From Cyanophora paradoxa CCMP329 (lineage: Eukaryota; Plantae; Glaucophyta): DNA of 64,000 nucleotides. The DNA lies in the NCBI GenBank assembly GCA_004431415.1, contig QPMI01000197.1, positions 1-64,000 of the forward strand. The letters run 5' to 3'. Made by a program: the position numbers and the translations under genes. Below the pieces are notes generated by a model. It ran no database searches. It saw only the letters and a program-made list of their open reading frames with translations, and was not told where the DNA came from. This document shows positions 60,459 to 64,000 of the stretch, piece by piece. Position 1 is the stretch's first letter; each line of letters opens with the position of its first letter.

Positions 60459-60739
60459 TCTGGCCTACGCTAGCTAAAGCGCCGCGCGTTCCTCGGTCGC
60501 GCCTCCAGAGCGCTTGCGAAGGACTCTCTAGACTCGTACAGCTGCTGTGTGCAGTGCGTGATTGGTACCAGGGCGTCTGCTGGCTGCTGGCTCTGCCGGG
60601 CTTTTTTTGGCGATTCTAGTCCCGGTGGGTCCCTTTTCGGCGCAGTCGCCATGTGTGCTCGTGCTTCGCGCTGCTCCGTGCGAGCGCCGCGACAGATATA
60701 AATAGTATGCATTGTAAAGCACGGGCGAACGCTACTAGC

Positions 60740-63700
60740 TTACAGCGGCCGGGTGGCATCCTCGAGCCACGCGGTCATGGCCGGCTCATCGTGGAACAGA
60801 GGCGCGAGCCGCGCCCGCACGTCGGCGTGATACGCGTCGACCCACGCGCGCTCGGGGGGCGTCAGGAGAGACACGTCGATCAGCTTCCGCTGGATCGGAA
60901 CCTGTGCGGAATTCGAAGTCAGGGATCAAATTCTCGGAGGGGGGATGGAGTCGGACCAGGGTAAGGTACTCGAAGGTCAGGTACCCCTGGCCGCCGAAGT
61001 TGTGCGGCGTGCGCGCGTCCTTGACGACCTGAGGGCGACAGCGTTAGCGTCGGGCCGCGGCCGCGGTGCGGAGCGGGGCGGGCAGGGTGGGGCGGAAGGG
61101 GTACGCACCATGAGGTTCTCGATGCGGATGCCGAATGCGCCGTCCTCGTAGTACCCAGGCTCTGGGAGCGGCGCGTCACGCTTCGAAATCGGGGAGATGG
61201 GGGAGGGTGGGGGAGGGTGGAGGGGGTACCGTTGGAGACGACCATGCCGCGTCGGAGGGGCACGTCGATGGGCTTCTGGGAGATGCTCTGCGGGCCCTCG
61301 TGCACGTTGAGGAAGGCCCCCACGCCGTGGCCCGTCCTGCGCCCAGACGGGAAAAGTGAGCGTATGTACGCCCCAACGAGCGAGCGAGGCGAAGAAAAGC
61401 GTACCCGTGGCGGTAGTCCAGGCCGACGCTCCAGAGCGGGGCGCGGGCGAGGACGTCCAGCGCCTGAGGCAGGCGGGGCGACGACGACGATGAGGAGCGG
61501 GACATAGGATGGGCAAGAGACGACGAAGCTAAGAAGATAGTTGTAGAGCTAAGCTAGAGCTGAGCTCATGGTCAACTAAATGAGCTTAACTGAGCTTAGA
61601 GCTCAGCTGAGCTTACGTTCTATAGCTAAGCTCAGCTGTTTGAGAGCGGGCGGACCTGGCCGGTGGCGCCGGCGGGGAAGACGGCCGAGGCCAGCGCGAT
61701 GTGGCCCCGCAGCACCCGCGTGAAACACGACCTGAATGAACGAACGTGTACCCGGCGCGCGTGACGTCAGTATCGTTCCGTTCGAACGAATGTGTATCCG
61801 GGGGAGGGTCGAGGCCCACGCATGCGCACCGCTGGTGCTCGCTCGGCTGCCCCATGTGGAACGTCCGCGTGACGTCCGTCGTGCCGTCCCTGTACCCTCA
61901 GTGAGGACGAGGGCGGCGGACGGAGAGGGCGGGTGGCGGGGGGCGGGGGGCGGGAAGGAATGTACTCTATAGAAGGACCGTGCCCAAAGCTGAAGGGCGG
62001 GCGGAACGGAGCCCCGTTCTCTAGCCTAGCCTAGAGCTCTAGCGACGGGGCGAGGAGAAGGGCGGGCGTTGAGCTAGGGCGGGGCTAGAGCTAGAGCTCT
62101 AGCGACGGTGCGAGGACGAGGGCGGGCGGCGAGGGCGGGCGGCGGGGGACGAGAGGGAGCGTCCCCTCTAGCTGGACCGTGCCCCAAGGGCGGGGCTAGA
62201 GCTAGAGCTCTAGCAACGGGGCGAGGAGGAGGGCGGGCGGCGAGGGAGGGCGGGAGCTAGCGATGGGGCGAGGAGGGGGGTAGGGGTACACCGCGCGCCT
62301 GTACTGGCCGCCCGAGTCGAGGAGGAGCATCGAGTCGGGCCCGACGACCCCGCAGCGGCCCTCCTCCGCCCGGTAGTGGATGATCTGAGGAGCGGCTCGG
62401 ATCAGATCGGCTCGGATCTGATCGGATCAGATCTGAGCGATCTGATCTGATCTGAGCGGACCGCGCCGTTGGGGCCCTCGCCGGCGATGGTGGGAAAGGA
62501 GGGGCACACGAAGAGCTGCGGCGAAAGGCGCGGTGAGGCGCGGCGGCGGCGGGGTGCGAGGGAGGCGGGCGCGGGGGAGGCGGCGAGCCCGGGGGAGGCC
62601 GGGCCGGGCCGGCGCGCTAGGGGCCGGGGCGAGGGGCGCGCGCGGTGAGGCGGCGGGGAGGCGAGGTGTGGGGGAGGCGGGGATCCCGGGGGAAGCCGGG
62701 CCCGCGCGCTAGCTCTAGTCGTCCGCTCGCGCGGGTGAGGAGCGACCGTAGCTCCTCTCCGACGCGCTAGCCGTCCGCTCGCCTTCTCCTTCGCCTACGG
62801 TACCCCCCGCACCTGGCAGGCGGCCCTGAACCCGTCGAGGCGGTCGCCCTAGCATACCTAGCATCCGCCCCTCCCTCGCGCCCTCGCACTAGCCCTCCCC
62901 TCCCCTTCTCCCTAGCCCCGCCGCCCCTCCTCCTCCGCCCCTCCCCCTGTACCCCCCGCACCTGGCAGGCGGCCCTGAACTCGTCGAGGCGGTCGCCCTA
63001 GCATACCTAGCATCCGCCTCTCCCTCGGGCCCTCGCACTAGCCCTCCCCTCCCCTTCTCCCTAGCCCCGCCGCCCCTCCTCCTCCGCCCCTCCCCCTGTA
63101 CCCCCCCCCCGCACCTGGCAGGCGGCGCGGAACTCGTCGAGGCGGTCGCCGAGGGCGACCTCGGAGACCCGCCGCCCCGCCGCCACCTCCCCCTCCAGCC
63201 ACGCAAGGAACCGGCACTGCGCGCGGGGCAGCCTCAGCCTCAAGCACGAACAGAGCAGATCCTATAAGCGTCTACATCTTCTTTAAGCTTGTTTAGTTAA
63301 AGACGTACGTCAAGCATCTAGATCTTCTTTTCCTCCAGCCACGCCAGGAACCGGCACTGCGGGGCCCGGGCCTCGCCGGCGGGCTCCATCTACAGCCTCG
63401 GCCCCGAGCGGCCTTCAAGGGTAGCCTTCTCGAGGGGCGCACGAGGGCGGCCTAGAGCTAGCTAGAGTAGATCCTGTAAGCTTAAGCATCTAGAGCTTCT
63501 AAGCTTAAGCCCCGAGCGGGCATCAAGGGTAGCCTTCTTGAGGGGCGCACGAGGGCGGCGCCGTCGCGGACGTGGGCGGCGCGCATGCCCGCCAGCTCCG
63601 ACTCGTTCTTGCACGCCTGCGCCCCAAGGGGTGAGGCCGGGGAGGGAGGGAACGGAAGTCTCGAGATATTCCGGTCTAGACCTTCTTTACGCTTCCTGCG

Positions 63701-64000
63701 CCTTCCTAGGGTCTCCGATAAGAAGAGTTTAGATCTTCTTTAAGCTTCCTACGCCGCCGCCCCTCCCCGATCGCAGCCTCTTCTTAGGTTCTTCTTCTTC
63801 ACAGCCTACCCCCTCCTCCCCTCCCGCCCGCCCGCCGGGCCGGGGGAGGAGGGAATGAAAGTTTCGAGATCTTCCGGTCTAAATCTTCTCTAAGCTTCCT
63901 TAAGATCAACCTCTTCTTAGGGTCTTCTTCACAGCCTAACCCCTTTCCCCCTCCCGCCCGCCCGCCGCGGACCTTGGGGAGGGCGACGGGGCTCGGGGCG
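60740..64000 (-). CDS. Xaa-Pro aminopeptidase (aminopeptidase P, peptidase M24B; XPNPEP1/APP1-like), 3' portion; the 5' part lies beyond the window
   Basis: Exons read ACKNESELAGMRAAHVRDGAAL / PSFPTIAGEGPNGA / IIHY...LLDSGGQYRDGTTDVTRT / LRGHIALASAVFP / [25 protein letters not shown] / EPGYYEDGAFGIRIENLMV / VPIQRKLIDVSLLT...WVDAYH...WLEDATRPL*. The stop is at 60740. Confidence 0.93.
62795..63560. repeat. Duplicated exon-end fragments within aminopeptidase introns
   Basis: gtacccccc-gcacctggcaggcggc...tcgaggcggtcgcc occurs at about 62800, 62950 and 63100. cagccacgc.aggaaccggcactgc occurs at about 63196 and 63336. gtagccttct.gaggggcgcacgagggcggc occurs at about 63421 and 63529. Confidence 0.85.

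Overview
Intron-rich eukaryotic (probably protist) DNA in two compartments; I cannot identify the organism. (1) About 1.1-25.15 kb is a visibly AT-richer island that reads as a giant CACTA/En-Spm (CMC) DNA transposon. Its right end is CACTG at 25151, with ACACCGAC subterminal repeats in both orientations. It has a multi-exon TnpD-like transposase and carries two C48 ubiquitin-like-protein proteases (SENP1/Ulp1-like and SENP8/DEN1-like), an F-box protein, unknown genes and internal satellites. Its left end is not in the window. It is inserted into the last intron of an LRR-TIR gene. (2) About 25.15-64 kb is very GC-rich host DNA built from segmental duplications. It holds four paralogous genes with an intronless array of 23-aa LRR modules followed by a multi-exon TIR domain of one of two distinct types, with no transmembrane or NB-ARC segment; the LRR modules appear to be exchanged between copies. 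It also holds a START-domain gene with a duplicated 3' half, one complete and one 5'-truncated MORN-repeat gene, and the 3' part of an Xaa-Pro aminopeptidase. GC-AG introns are common. Most long ORFs in the GC-rich part are compositional artefacts, and the gene models below were assembled by eye across introns.
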